A stretch of 42,594 nt of DNA. It comes from Nemertoderma westbladi. Lineage: Eukaryota; Animalia; Xenacoelomorpha. Below the pieces are notes generated by a model that was not told where the DNA came from, searched no databases, and saw only the letters and a program-made list of their open reading frames with translations. The stretch lies in contig JAUCBJ010008960.1 in assembly GCA_032718475.1 (NCBI GenBank), positions 1-42,594 of the forward strand, in the 5' to 3' direction. Within the stretch, counting starts at the first letter, position 1, and each line of letters opens with the position of its first letter. Position numbers and translations under genes: made by a program. Below are positions 11,929 through 24,330 of the stretch, in pieces.

Positions 11929-12744
11929 TTCGCGTATGTTTTTCTTACTTTTTTTTCTAACGGTATTCTTTACTTTGGTTTACTACAAATATCCTCAACG
12001 ATTTTAATTATTATTTATTTATTTATTTTTTATTTTATTTTATTTATTTTTTATTTAATTTAATTTCTTATTTTGTTTATTTTGTAATTTTATTTATTTT
12101 GTCACATTCTATATTTAGAATTACCATTACTACATTAGCTAAAAATTAATTAAAATCTTCATGAAATACGTTATTCCCACCACCAAAAACGAAGAGTACC
12201 TGTTATTATTATTTTATTAGTATATATATATATTTATTCACAACATAAAAATATGTGTGAAACCGACGCAGACGCGACTGACAGCAATAAAATTAATAAC
12301 AAACAATAAGTAAAGTGAATGGAACTAAACTATTGGCTAAGACAAATTAATAATAAAAAACAGTACGTAGTACGTATAAAACAGCACCAATTTATGTTCT
12401 ACGGTATGCTTTAATGTTAGATTGACTTTGACTAACACATTTGTAGATGAGTGGGAAACTTTAAGGAAAAAACAATAAACTCAATAACATTGAATTTAAT
12501 CCCTAACATTAACAGGACACCCCTGTCTAGTCTGCCTTGTACATGTACAGTACTGTAGTTTAAAGCTGCTAAAGTACAGTATGTATAGGCTTTTAGTAAG
12601 AACTACTTCAGTAAAAATGGTTAACTCTACCAGAAAAGTGCTTTCTAACAGTTATTAAATAAAATAAAATTTGAAATAAACTGAAATATAATAATAATAT
12701 ATATAATAATAAATAATAAGACTGAAATAAAATATTTTTCGTCT

Positions 12745-12840
12745 GGTGGGGGGGGGGGGGGGGGGGGCGTTCGAGCTCGCGTGACACTTTGTGACAGACT
12801 TTGTGACACTTGCGTGACATACTTTATGAACGCCCCCTTA
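12745..12840 (-). mobile_element. Single end of a PIF/Harbinger-like MITE
   Basis: Minus strand TAA|GGGGGCGTTCATAAAGTATGTCACGC followed by gtcac repeats and a poly-C tract. Partner TIR not found. Confidence 0.35.
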
Positions 12841-13435
12841 TTAAATTTCAATATTGAAATACCGTACCGAGTCAGATACAATCTCGTAACTCATTCGTCA
12901 TCTCATCGATGTTACCGGGAGAGTTAAGAAAATATTATTGGATAATTAGCCCTGAGAGTCTATATATAAGAATAATCAACCCTGAGAGTAAGAGTAGCTG
13001 CGTAGCGCCTTCCCTGCCTTGCAGGTAACTGCCAAGAGAGTTCAACCTCCAGTCCTCCGTGTCACGTTTACCGATAATCTTCTTTTGACTTACATTTCTG
13101 GCATCTTTTCACATTTTATGGAACATGTTAAATTTCAGAAACTCACTGTAGGCCTATCCGAATATTTTTAATTTTGACAACAGCTGTGCTCGGAAGTTAA
13201 ATACGCCACTTATAGAATGCCACCCCGAATTAAATAAAAAAATTATTTAGCACCAGGGGAGTCAAATATATTTCTTTGTAGCACCAATTTACAACCCCCT
13301 CCCCAATAAAACAGACTAACTTACACCCCCCCCCCACCCCCCCCCCCCCCTTCATACCCCAAAAACAATTATTTAATCTCCCTAAAATAATTACTTGCAT
13401 GGCCTACTTAAATACGGCCTGCCAAATGACTGCAA

Positions 13436-14247
13436 GGCCAAAAAATTAGTGGGTCGATTTTTCAATGTTGTCGTGGCAGTATATATATTTGGATAAAGAC
13501 AATAAAGTTGTTGTATATTATCTGATATTCTATGGAGATTCCAAATATGCAATTGGTTTTGTCGTACCTTTTTTAGTTTTTGAAATATTTCACGAAAACC
13601 AATGGGTACCCAAAAAGTGGGTTCACCATGAAAGTTTCAATAATCCAGAACCTTTAAAACTCACCAGTCAGCCCTCATTTGTGACGTATAAAGGTTCTCA
13701 TGGATGGCGAATTTCCAGATGAATGGTTGATCTGGTATGCTACTTTTTACTGGGTGCCTAAATCTTAGTTCATAATGAAAGTTTCCGTTTTTTTGATAGC
13801 ATACTGTGTACATTCGAATCATCTAGCAAATACTTATCATTGAATTCCCTGTGGAAGAACACTTACATTGATTGTAAATCGCGGCAAATAAATAAGTATT
13901 AAATGTATCCGAAAGTTTCATGTTGAACCAAGATTTAGACACCCAGTGAAAAGTAGCATACCAGATCAACCATTCGTCTGGAAATTCGCCATCCTTGAGA
14001 ACCTTTATTCGTCATAAATGAGGGCTGACTGGTGAGTTTAAAGGTTCTGGATTATTTAAACTTTCATGGTGAACCCACTTTTTGGGTGTCCATTGGTTTT
14101 CGTACGACATTCGGTACGACAAAACCGATTGCATATTTGAAATCTCCATAAAATTTCAGATAATATACAACAACTTGATTGTCTTTATCCAAATATATAC
14201 TGCCCTGACAGCGTTGAAAAATCGACCCACAAATATTTTGGTTGGCC
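13436..14247. mobile_element. Fold-back MITE with ~350-bp inverted arms (Kolobok-like GG...CC ends)
   Basis: 13436-~13785 is the diverged reverse complement of ~13908-14247. TTAA flanks the right end (14248-14251); the left flank is GCAA. Confidence 0.85.
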
Positions 14248-14604
14248 TTAAGTAATAAGTACTGTATATATTTTGTATTTATTTTGGGGGAAAATGTGTA
14301 TATTTTGGGAAAATTTGTATTTATTTTGGGGTTTTGTATTTTATTTTGGTGTGTATAATTGGTTTTGGGGAGCATTTATTTATTTTGGTGTTGAATAATT
14401 GTTTTTGGTGTTGAAAAATTTATTTGGTGTTTGAATATTTTTATTTGAGGTGTGCTTCCTTGATGTCAGAAACTATTAACCAACCAGACCCCATACAGGT
14501 ACACTGAAAAAATTGTTCGGCGGTTCTTTTTTTAACCTCTGGTATAAAATTTTCAACCGATGGTTGCTCTTTTAAAACCGCTGGTTACAAATTGGCATAT
14601 GCTA

Positions 14605-14862
14605 AAACGGTGGTTTAAATTTTCCCAAAGTGCAGTGTTACATTGAAACGGTGGTTTAAATTTTCCCAAACTGCAGTGTTACATTGAAACGGTGGTTTAA
14701 ATTTTCCCAAACTGCAGTGTTACATTGAAACGGTGGTTTAAATTTTCCCAAACTGCAGTGTTACATTGAAACGGTGGTTTAAATTTTCCCAAACTGCAGT
14801 GTTACATTGAAACGGTGGTTTAAATTTTCCCAAACTGCAGTGTTACATTGAAACGGTGGTTT
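14605..14862. repeat. 41-bp sub-terminal tandem repeat (~6.3 copies)
   Basis: cggtggtt recurs at 14608, 14649, 14690, 14731, 14772, 14813 and 14854. Confidence 0.97.
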
Positions 14863-16112
14863 TCCGGATTGTAATTGCTATCATAAAACAGAAATAGTGT
14901 TTGACTTAGGAATAAACGGCGGTTCATATTATTTGATACAAAGTAACCGGTGGTTTAAAACTTACATTAATCGATTGGTTGAAAAATACATATAACCGTT
15001 GATTTAAAACACAGTAAACGGTGGTTGAAAACTTAGAATAACCGGTGGTTTACAAAAATTCAAATCACAGTTTGTTTACAACACAGTAAACGGTAGTGAT
15101 CAATAACATAATATCCAATCATGTAAACAATCTTAATACGTTTGTTAAGTACGTTTTTATGTAACATGTTTTATCAGGTAAATATTTAACAATTGTTTAA
15201 CATGATTTACATGTTTTACATTATTTATAACATAAATCAAGCATTCCCTTATATTTGTTGAATGCTACTATATCATGTTGAACAAAAATGTGTTATAAAT
15301 TTACAATGTATGTCTTAGTCTTAGGGATGTTTGAATAAACCGCCATAAGTTGACCGCTAATTCTGCAATTTGTTCATACTGTCATAGGCCTATCATAATT
15401 CAGTCATTTTTTGTGAAAGTGCCATTGCCATCCTGCGCTGTCCTGCAATCGCAGAATCGGTACCGGTACAATCCTGAAATTTGATTACAGTGATGTAGTG
15501 TATCACTGCCACTGGTACAGTAGTGGTACCGGTTGCCGGTAGTACAGAACAGTAGTACAGTACTGCTGTAGTAGGGCTGTGTAGGGTAGTGTACTCTTTT
15601 TGTTTTGTAGTTGTACCGGTACTATTTCTGTATTTCTTGGATTGTAGCTATATCTGTGTGTATATTACTGTATTATGAGTACGGTACCTGAGTACGGTAT
15701 ATTATATTTCTGTATTTGTTTATTATTTTGGTTTGGTTAGGCCTATGCAGGAATGCAGCTATGCGGTTGGTTAGTTCTGTAGTTCAGTAGTTGGCCAGGC
15801 CTTAACCCTAATTAAAACTGTCACATAGGCCAGTAGGCGTAACCGGGTGGTGAATTTTTAGGGGGGTCAGGGGTGGAAATTCTCTGCTACACCAGTACCT
15901 ACCGGTGTACCTACCAGTATCAGAGTATGCCGAGACCCGACACAACTTTAGGAGTAGGAAGGCCAATAAACGAAAGTTGTCCTCAACACCATCAACAGCT
16001 GCTAACGATAAAGCCGGTACTGAGGTACAGTTGCCTAGTAAAAGTTTAGATCAGGTTTCAGACATATCGCCATTGGATATACCGGTAGCTAAAGTTAATC
16101 TCAAGGAGCCAG

Positions 16113-16670
16113 ATGCAAGCAAAAGTGACCGAACGGAAAATAATAAATCGTCCTCCTTTGCTCTGCTTATCGGATGATGATAATATAGCTGAGGGATTGG
16201 AGATAGTCCCAAATCCACGAGGTGCAAAGAGGAAAGTAAGCATTTTTGATTCTTCTTCTGATGATGAATCCTCGGAATTATCTTATGGATCTAAATCGTC
16301 TAGTACCTGCAGTGGTCCATCTGATAGTCGAGATGAGGGTGACTATATTGGTGAGTTGGTTTGGGCGCGACAACGTATAACAAAACCATTCTGGCCTGCC
16401 CGAACTGAAAGAGCTCCAGAGGGTTCCGCAATGCCCAAGCCAAAGCATCCAGGGGACAACTTCAAGTGGATTTACTTCTTTGGTTCTAGCAATTTCTCAT
16501 GGATTAAAGACACTGGGGAATACATTGTTCCATATATTGAAAATCGCGAGCAGCATGGGAAAAGGAAGGCTTCGTCTACAGTCAAATTTCTAAAGGGACT
16601 TGATGACATTGATGAAGAATATACCGCAATGTCTGTTAGGAAAAATGATTGTCCATATCAGGAAGAGTGA
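16113..16670 (+). CDS. PWWP-domain protein (transposon cargo), 185 aa; N-terminus possibly frameshifted or spliced
   Basis: IGELVWARQRITKPFWPAR...WIYFFGSSNFSWI...IVPY...KFLKGLDDIDE matches the PWWP pattern (GDLVWAK..G.PWWPA...V.FFG..NF.W....L.PY + C-terminal helix). Preceded by an NLS-like AKRK and a Ser/Asp-rich tract. AATAAA at ~16788. Confidence 0.8.
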   Translation: MQAKVTERKIINRPPLLCLSDDDNIAEGLEIVPNPRGAKRKVSIFDSSSDDESSELSYGSKSSSTCSGPSDSRDEGDYIGELVWARQRITKPFWPARTERAPEGSAMPKPKHPGDNFKWIYFFGSSNFSWIKDTGEYIVPYIENREQHGKRKASSTVKFLKGLDDIDEEYTAMSVRKNDCPYQEE

Positions 16671-16829
16671 ATGGTTCAATACATTATCATTTAGGATTTA
16701 GGAAACTGTAAATTCATTTATTCAATAATTTGATTATCATTTATATTTGATAAACATATTTGATATTTGATATTATATTTGATATTCAATAAACCATTTA
16801 TTTGAAATCTAAAACACCGACTTGATCCT

Positions 16830-17440
16830 CATTTGAAACCTGAAACACCGGTTGATCTTAAATTAACCACAGGTTAAACCATATATTTGAAACCTGAAAC
16901 AACGGTTGATCCACATTAAACGCAGGTTTAACCATTTATTTTGAAAAAAACACCGGTTGATCTTAAATTAACCACAGGTTAAACCATATATTTGAAACCC
17001 GAAACACCGGTTGATCTTAAATTAACCACAGGTTAAACCATATATTTGAAACCTGAAACAACGGTTGATCCACATTAAACGCAGGTTTAACCATTTATTT
17101 TGAAAAAAAACACCGGTTGATCTTAAATTAACCACAGGTTAAACCATATATTTGAAACCCGAAACACCGGTTGATCTTAAATTAACCACAGGTTAAACCA
17201 TATATTTGAAACCTGAAACAACGGTTGATCCACATTAAACGCAGGTTTAACCATTTATTTTGAAAAAAAAACACCGGTTGATCTTAAATTAACCACAGGT
17301 TAAACCATATATTTGAAACCCGAAACACCGGTTGATCTTAAATTAACCACAGGTTAAACCATATATTTGAAACCTGAAACAACGGTTGATCCACATTAAA
17401 CGCAGGTTAATTCATTTATTTGAAACCTGAAACACCATTG
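16830..17440. repeat. ~54-bp sub-terminal repeat in a ~160-bp 3-mer higher-order unit
   Basis: ggttgat at 16850, 16904, 16955, 17009, 17063 and onward. The variant ccacattaaa occurs at 16911, 17070, 17230 and 17391 (periods 159/160/161). Confidence 0.95.
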
Positions 17441-19459
17441 AACTTAAGCACAACCACTGGTTGTTATACGAAAAACAACCTGAGGTTTAATTTATAAAAT
17501 TTAACCACAGGTTATCTTTGAATCGATAAACCTCTGGTTCCTCGAATTAACCGCAGGTCAAAAATTCACCAAATTAACCTGGGGTTATTTTCGAAAACCA
17601 GAGGTTTTTTAAAAAAGAACCACTGGTACGATTTTTCAGTGTAGTGTATGGGGGAAGGTTTGAACTTTTGAAAGCGATTATCTCAGAATGACATTTTTAC
17701 GCACGAAAAATTATATTCCTCCACCATTTCTTAACCGTTTTTTTTTGCAATTTTTGCTTTATGAAATGTAACTTCATAAGCTTCAATAAATGGAGGTCTT
17801 CTTGATTTCATAATTTTTCCACATTTTTTTAAATGAAAATTAGAAAAAAAACATTACTTTCTTATAGTGGCCTTGAGCGGCTAGTTTTGTAATCTTTTTT
17901 TTTGTTTTCCCGACCTTTGCATACTCGTAAGAACGACTTTATATTACTCAGGGAAACAAATCTTATTGGCTGGAGTGGTTTCCATAACAACAAACATCCA
18001 ATAAGTTTGTTTCTCCGAGGCAAAATTCCGGCAACAAATAAAAGATTAAATGGGGATGGTATATTAATTCGTTTATTATTCGACATTGACGCCCAGGTGG
18101 GATCGAAATGGTGACCGCCAGAATCCCGCGATTCAGATAAAAGATATACCTGGAAAAATTTTATTTCGTGGTAAATGATACAGTATCTTCTATGTCCACA
18201 ATTTACGTCCTCATGGCTTCCCATCTGTCAGTACAAGTCATATGTAGCCACTGTGCTCAATTCTTTCTACTTGGACGTCTTTATTATCCACTCGCTACAA
18301 TGAAATACGATAATCACGTTTAGCAGTATTTAATAAAACGAAACCACTAAATTTAACTTAATTACCAATTATATTTATTTGTTGAAACTAAAAAATGTCA
18401 AATTAAACGATTGAAAAAATCCCTCTGTTTATCCCACATATTTTGTTGAAGCGACACGATGTGCCACACGATGTGCCACACGATGTGCCACATACAACAA
18501 AACATGTGATTGACCAAAATCCGTCTTTCCTTATTGTACTGATATTAGGGTCATCGCAATTATCGATAAAGTGGGGTAGACAGACACCTTCAAAAGTAGA
18601 GTAAAACAAGAGTAGAGTTGGCTTTAAATAGGTCAGTCGACAACCGTCAATATCAATAAAAATGAAACAGTAATCTGTGTTTTTGATTCTCGTTTACTGT
18701 TTTGGTTGCCTCATTTCAAAGTAGAATTGGGATCTCATTATAGCTGGTCACTCAAGAACTCTGGAACCTTTTTCTTATATCATGCCATTTTTGTTTTAAT
18801 ATAGTAATACTGTGTATATCATGTTTAATTATGTAAATAAATTATGAATAAGGCCGTTAAATACTGATGAAATTGATTTTGTTGGTATTTTTTAACGCAT
18901 ATGGAGAATTCGATAATTCCGCTGTTTTACCCTTTTTTTATCTGCAGTACGGGAGGCCATAAAACAAACGTAGGGAACCTTTTCCATTGCGAATGACAGC
19001 CTATAATACCTATGGTTTATTGCAGATCCCATTCTAGGAAGCACCAACATGGGAGGTGAGAGTCCATCGACTTCCTCAGTGGTTCCAGAACTCTCTCACG
19101 GAAAAATCTGTACATAAACCGAAATAACATTTTAATTAAATGAAATTAAAATGAATTTTAATATTTACTACAGTATCATTTCTATATCAATTATTGATGA
19201 TTAAATTTTTCTAAATTTTGGTTGACATTGAATGGCGCTTTGGTGTTAGGAACTATATCTATTATAACTAACTACAAGATACTGTGATGAATGGTAGAAT
19301 TTTTTATGCTCTTTAAGCCAAGGAATGCCTGTTCCCCAAGATGAGTGATCTTCCGTATAAAACCCTTCCACTCTGTTTCCCAAGTTGCCTTGGTTCTCAT
19401 TTATCGACCATTCAAGAATGAAAGAGGGTTGGGTGTAGGTTACAGACAATTGAAGCAGC

Positions 19460-19720
19460 ACTGTACCCAAACAGTGCTGCCCCATCTAGGGATCGTACTG
19501 TACCCAAACAGTGCTGCCCCATCTAGGGATCGTACTGTACCCAAACAGTGCTGCCCCATCTAGGGATCGTACTGTACCCAAACAGTGCTGCCCCATCTAG
19601 GGATCGTACTGTACCCAAACAGTGCTGCCCCATCTAGGGATCGTACTGTACCCAAACAGTGCTGCCCCATCTAGGGATCGTACTGTACCCAAACAGTGCT
19701 GCCCCATCTAGGGATCGTAC
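19460..19720. repeat. Perfect 37-bp minisatellite x7
   Basis: actgtacccaaacagtgctgccccatctagggatcgt repeated without spacers. Confidence 0.98.
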
Positions 19721-19876
19721 CAGGCAGGGCCTCCTATCCAAACATTAATACTGACAACAAAAATGAAATCACCCAGAAAAGCCCCGTAATGAACATTCAC
19801 CTCGTTCCTCGTTGAACTATCCTTCTTGCCAGAAATATTTGACCAACCAGAACACAGGCAGCCCCAATTTTGGCGC

Positions 19877-20060
19877 GAAGGTTTAAACTTTGAAAGACAT
19901 TTTCTCGGAATGACATTTTTCATTTTCAAATTACTACTCCTCCGTCAATTTTGAACCAATTTTCTTCGTTTTGGCTCATTCGAAAGAGCTTTGTAAGTTC
20001 TTTAGAAGTTATCTTATGGAATTTTGATAAATAATAAAATTTGTTGTATTTAGCAAATTT
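19877..20060 (+). repeat. Dispersed repeat related to 17654-17830
   Basis: Both begin gaaggttt(g/a)aacttt(t)gaaag...tctc(a/g)gaatgacattttt...aaatta...tcctcc...aacc; diverged copies of an unclassified element. Confidence 0.55.
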
Positions 20061-20858
20061 TAATTAAAAATATGTTAATTAACATATTAACATATTAAAT
20101 TAATTAATTAAAATTAAAATGGCTCATTAAAAATTATATATGATAACTTTTTAGAGTCGATGAAGCTGAGTCCAAAAAAGTTGCTTTCAAGAAATTTGGA
20201 CAAGATTGAGGGACTTTTAGCAAATTTAGTCAAATCTTTAATTCCGCCGCCAGCCGCTAGCAGGGCGAGGCTATAAATTTTCAAATTTTCCTATAGAGAC
20301 TATTTGACCCTCCATATAGTGGTTGGCCATGACAAAATAACAATATTATCATTTAACACTAATTGACAGCCATTTTAAAAAACGGTTCATGGGGGGGGGG
20401 GGGGGGGGGTATACCCTTAATCAATTTGCTTATTTTCAAATGGTGCTAGCACCAAATTTTGCACCCTGTGCCGAAAAATAAAAGTTTGAGATGTCAAGTT
20501 TAGTAATTATTTATTCCATTGAATTCAGAACCGCCATAAACATCTAAAACGCGAGAAATAAGTTGTCACAAGCAATTTAACTATTGAAATGAATTTCAAA
20601 ATTTCGTGCTGGCACCAAATTTTGCACACAGCATCGAAAATTACAAGTATGCTAAGCGTGGTGCAACTCGCATATATTCCATCGAAACCAGAACCCCAAA
20701 AACCAATATTGTGTAAAAAACAGGTGCAAACAATCAATAATAAAATATATGATGTGTAGCTGTTACTACGCCTAGAAATATGGAACATGCTGCAAAAAGC
20801 GATTACTGTAATAAATATTTGTGTGGAGGTAGAATAGACCATGCATCCATTGTGAATC

Positions 20859-22364
20859 TCAGTAATTATTCTGATATTGGTATCGATAACTTTCGGCCAG
20901 AAGAATATAAAACACAAAATACGCCAAATTCATTAAAAAAAATGACGCTGGAAATAATATGCGGCTGAATTTATCTATCTTTATATGTAGGTTTTCCTCA
21001 TGTTTCTTTATTTTATCAACTTTTCTTTTGGTCATTATTTTAAGCTGCCTTTGGGCTTCTGATGTGGAAGAATTCACATCCCCGAAATAAGGACTGTTGC
21101 GTGTTATCAAAGGGTTGACAACATGACAACTACATGTGATTCCCAATTTCGTTCCGGTATGTAGATCTTTTATTTCCGTTTCATTACTGAATGTATCTCC
21201 ACCTCCATTTGAATTCACGCGACACCGTGTCATATTTTCTCTTTCTGTGCGTTGGGATGTTGTGCTGTTGTTTGGGATCATTTGCTCAGGTGGGTGAGGT
21301 GTCAACTTGAACTCTGCCACGTCTTTATCTTTAGCTGTGAAGTAATGGACAGCACTGAATATTAAAAGTGCTCCAAAAACATACACGAAGCATATTGCGA
21401 AGTAAACATCCATGGCTTTAATCTCACTTACTTTGGGCATTGAGTTATGTGTTGATCCAATTAGTGTTATTAGTGAAAGAACGGTTGTTACTGATATGGT
21501 TGCTCGTGCCGGTACTGCGTTGGAATTAACCCAGAAAGACGCCCAAGAGAGAGCGACAATGAAGCACGCAGGTAGATATATGCTGATAAGATAGTAGGTG
21601 AGTTCTCTGTGGAATACAAACACTACTTGAAGGCTAGAGAATTGTCCTGTAGAGAAAATTAGAGAATATTCTTTCGTGCTAAAACCTCTCAAGGAAAACT
21701 GAGAGAGTTTAAGATTTTCCACTGGCTCTACTGCGCTTTGAAATTCATCAGTACTGTCTTTCCACTTCAAGCGAACGTGGTCTGTTGTGTAGCCATAATT
21801 TTCCATTACCAAATTACAAGACTGATAATCCATAGGAAAATATGATAACGACATAGGGCATTTTGATATAACCGTAACTCTTGCGCTGTAGAGGATTTCA
21901 CCAGTTGGGTATATACGTAGCAACACATTAGGTGTCATGACGTCATGCTTGGCAGATAGTAACGATTCAGGGAAATAGGTGTCTGGCAACCACAGTTGAG
22001 GAAGAAATGATGAAGATATTGCCAATGGTTCCCCATCAGTTGTTGTGGCATTGAATGCAAGACGAGGGTCAGTCCAGTACTGTCGTAATGCAAAGTCGAT
22101 TCTAAAGTTCATATCCGTTTCACTGACAGGCCCAATAGAATCAACGCTTATAGTTACAAATATATCCAGAGGGTATTCGTACATACAAGGGCGAAGGCGA
22201 TTGTCATAGTTTTGAAGAAGAGAGTCCAATAGATTACTCAAATTGTGTCTGTGTTTGGTTGAGTTCACATTATTTATATTGGATGCAGCCAATGAGTTAG
22301 TTAGTTGAAACACGAATAGCAATAATAAATAATAAAAATTATTATACATTCCGATTAAAATCAT
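20859..22364 (-). CDS. Cys-loop ligand-gated anion channel subunit (GABA-A/glycine receptor-like), single coding exon
   Basis: 501 aa: signal peptide, YDNRLRP, LRQYWTDPRL, LWLPDTYF, Cys-loop CPMSLSYFPMDYQSC, loop B ENYGY, M2 VPARATISVTTVLSLITL (PAR anion motif), M4 IDKFSRILFP. Confidence 0.95.
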   Translation of the reverse strand: MILIGMYNNFYYLLLLFVFQLTNSLAASNINNVNSTKHRHNLSNLLDSLLQNYDNRLRPCMYEYPLDIFVTISVDSIGPVSETDMNFRIDFALRQYWTDPRLAFNATTTDGEPLAISSSFLPQLWLPDTYFPESLLSAKHDVMTPNVLLRIYPTGEILYSARVTVISKCPMSLSYFPMDYQSCNLVMENYGYTTDHVRLKWKDSTDEFQSAVEPVENLKLSQFSLRGFSTKEYSLIFSTGQFSSLQVVFVFHRELTYYLISIYLPACFIVALSWASFWVNSNAVPARATISVTTVLSLITLIGSTHNSMPKVSEIKAMDVYFAICFVYVFGALLIFSAVHYFTAKDKDVAEFKLTPHPPEQMIPNNSTTSQRTERENMTRCRVNSNGGGDTFSNETEIKDLHTGTKLGITCSCHVVNPLITRNSPYFGDVNSSTSEAQRQLKIMTKRKVDKIKKHEENLHIKIDKFSRILFPASFFLMNLAYFVFYILLAESYRYQYQNNY

Positions 22365-24330
22365 TTTTAAATATTGTTTATTATTTACTTAAGTAGTATT
22401 ATCTACAGTGCAATAAACGAATTATAGATCTATTAATTGTCTCAATGTGTCTTAATTTCGTGTCCTGGAAGCTGGAATGAATCCTTTTCTAAGATGAAAA
22501 AAAAATCGAGTTGATTCAGCTGTTCCATTATTCGCATTCACCGATATCTCTTAGTTTATCACAAAACCGAAATAAATATGGATCCCATCATTTTTGTCTT
22601 TTTATAATAAATAGATTGTTATAGTGCTTTTGTTACAATTGTACCCTTCTTTATGTTAAGTTTGCTGGTTAATCTAAACGGTGAGGGTAGTGACATATTG
22701 TTGTAACGAAGATTAAATTGTGCTGTGTTGTTAGGGGTAACACGAATGCCTGTACAGCTAGTTTTCTAACTTCATATCTCACAATACTACAAACCACCTA
22801 GGCTTTCTTTTGGTTCGTATCAGAATTGTGTATGATTGGCACAAGTGATCTTCGCGGTGGAAGCCAAGACGACTACTTACAGTATAATGCACAAACAATA
22901 CAATTAATACAGACAACAACGATAATGAAATTATTAACAAAAGTTTACATCTTTAAATGAAATACCCAACCAACATTTTAATAGATGATATTACAATATA
23001 TTGAACACTAGGCCTAATGTTATAATAAGCAACAGTGGCATATATAATATTAATAAAAAATAATAAAAAAAAAACCAATTAAAAAACTGGCGCAAGTTAT
23101 ATATATTAAGTGGATGGTGGATAGTTGAATAGCAAGGAAATAGCTAGGTTCTTGAGATGTGGCGATGATTTTCACAGCCAGCTAAGTACGGTTGAGTCGG
23201 GTCACAGTTGTTGTAACTATTCAACCTGAAATAAGTAATAGTTGGAGCAGCACTGGCTTTAGAAAGTTGTATGTCAATCAAATCAATGTATGATGATTAC
23301 CCAATGTTTTTCTCAACAACAGATAGAGATGCGCACTCAATTTGAAGCGTCATGGGGAGACCTTGGCGATAGCGTGCACTTTTCCTCGACCACCTTAATA
23401 TATAACTGGTATGTTATGAAATAGAAAAATTCTAAAAGTAATGAGTGATCATAATATTGCTGATGATTTAGGTAAATTGTCCAAAAACATAGGATGGTTC
23501 TCAAAGAAGTGTAGAAGCTGCAAAGACAAAAATTCTGCAACAACTTGAGTTCCCCCAGCAGCAGGTAATTGTATGTACGTCAGTGTGTTCTTTCTTTGGG
23601 TGGCCTGGTTGTTCACGTTGGGTTAGAAGGTGTTGATGATTAAATATAATATCAAGGCTTTAAAATTAATGAAATAAAATAATTAAAATTAAAATTCTAA
23701 AACGACTATTTGAAAACCAATTTGTATTTAATCACGTGTTGAATTATTATTTTTACGATTATTCACAATACAAAACGATACTAACATTTGTTGTACCACG
23801 GAATACAAATAGCATATATTTTTTCGAGGCCAATGTCCGAGAAAAAAGTTTTCAGGAAATGCGAATAACAAAGTGCCCAAAAAGTATTTACAAAATGAAT
23901 ATTAAAATGCTGATTGGTCAGAAATCTCTAGCTGCTATGAATAATGCACTTTCCAATTCCTTAGTTTAGTTTAGTCGCTATTTGTCCATGAAAGTGTGTT
24001 TATGAGATAAGAAGCGATCAATTTGAAGCTCCACGCATCATTGCACTAACGTCCATATCAGCAACAAATTGTAGATAACGAAGTGCGATTATTTAATATG
24101 GGATCTTGGACCCATCCTTAAGCACTAACGTATACTGTAGCGCCTCTAATGGGAAAACGGAGTGTTTTGGAGTAAAAATAAACCATGGGGATGAAACGCG
24201 CAATCTGGAGCGGCAAATTTATTCCTTTCAAATGTTGTTGGGTGAATTTATTCCAGGCGGCAGTAGTATAGCCATTGCTGTTATATGGGAGTCCCTGACG
24301 GGCTCTTACAGTATAAACACACAGGATCCC

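Larger units (their letters stand above)
14502..17641. mobile_element. Non-autonomous CACTA/EnSpm-like (CACTG...CAGTG) element carrying a PWWP ORF
   Basis: Imperfect ~43-bp TIRs (cactgaaaaaattgttcggcggttctttttttaacctctgg vs cactgaaaaatcgtaccagtggttcttttttaaaaaacctctgg). TA duplicated at 14500-14501 and 17642-17643. Many sub-terminal AACC-N3-GGTT palindromes at both ends. Confidence 0.85.

Noticed and set aside
14605-14862. CRISPR-like 41-bp repeats
   Set aside because: No unique spacers; sub-terminal array of a DNA transposon.
17862-18224. 120-aa minus and 70-aa plus ORFs
   Set aside because: No motif recognised in the frames I translated.
19460-19720. CRISPR-like 37-bp repeats
   Set aside because: Head-to-tail with no spacers, no cas genes, eukaryotic context.
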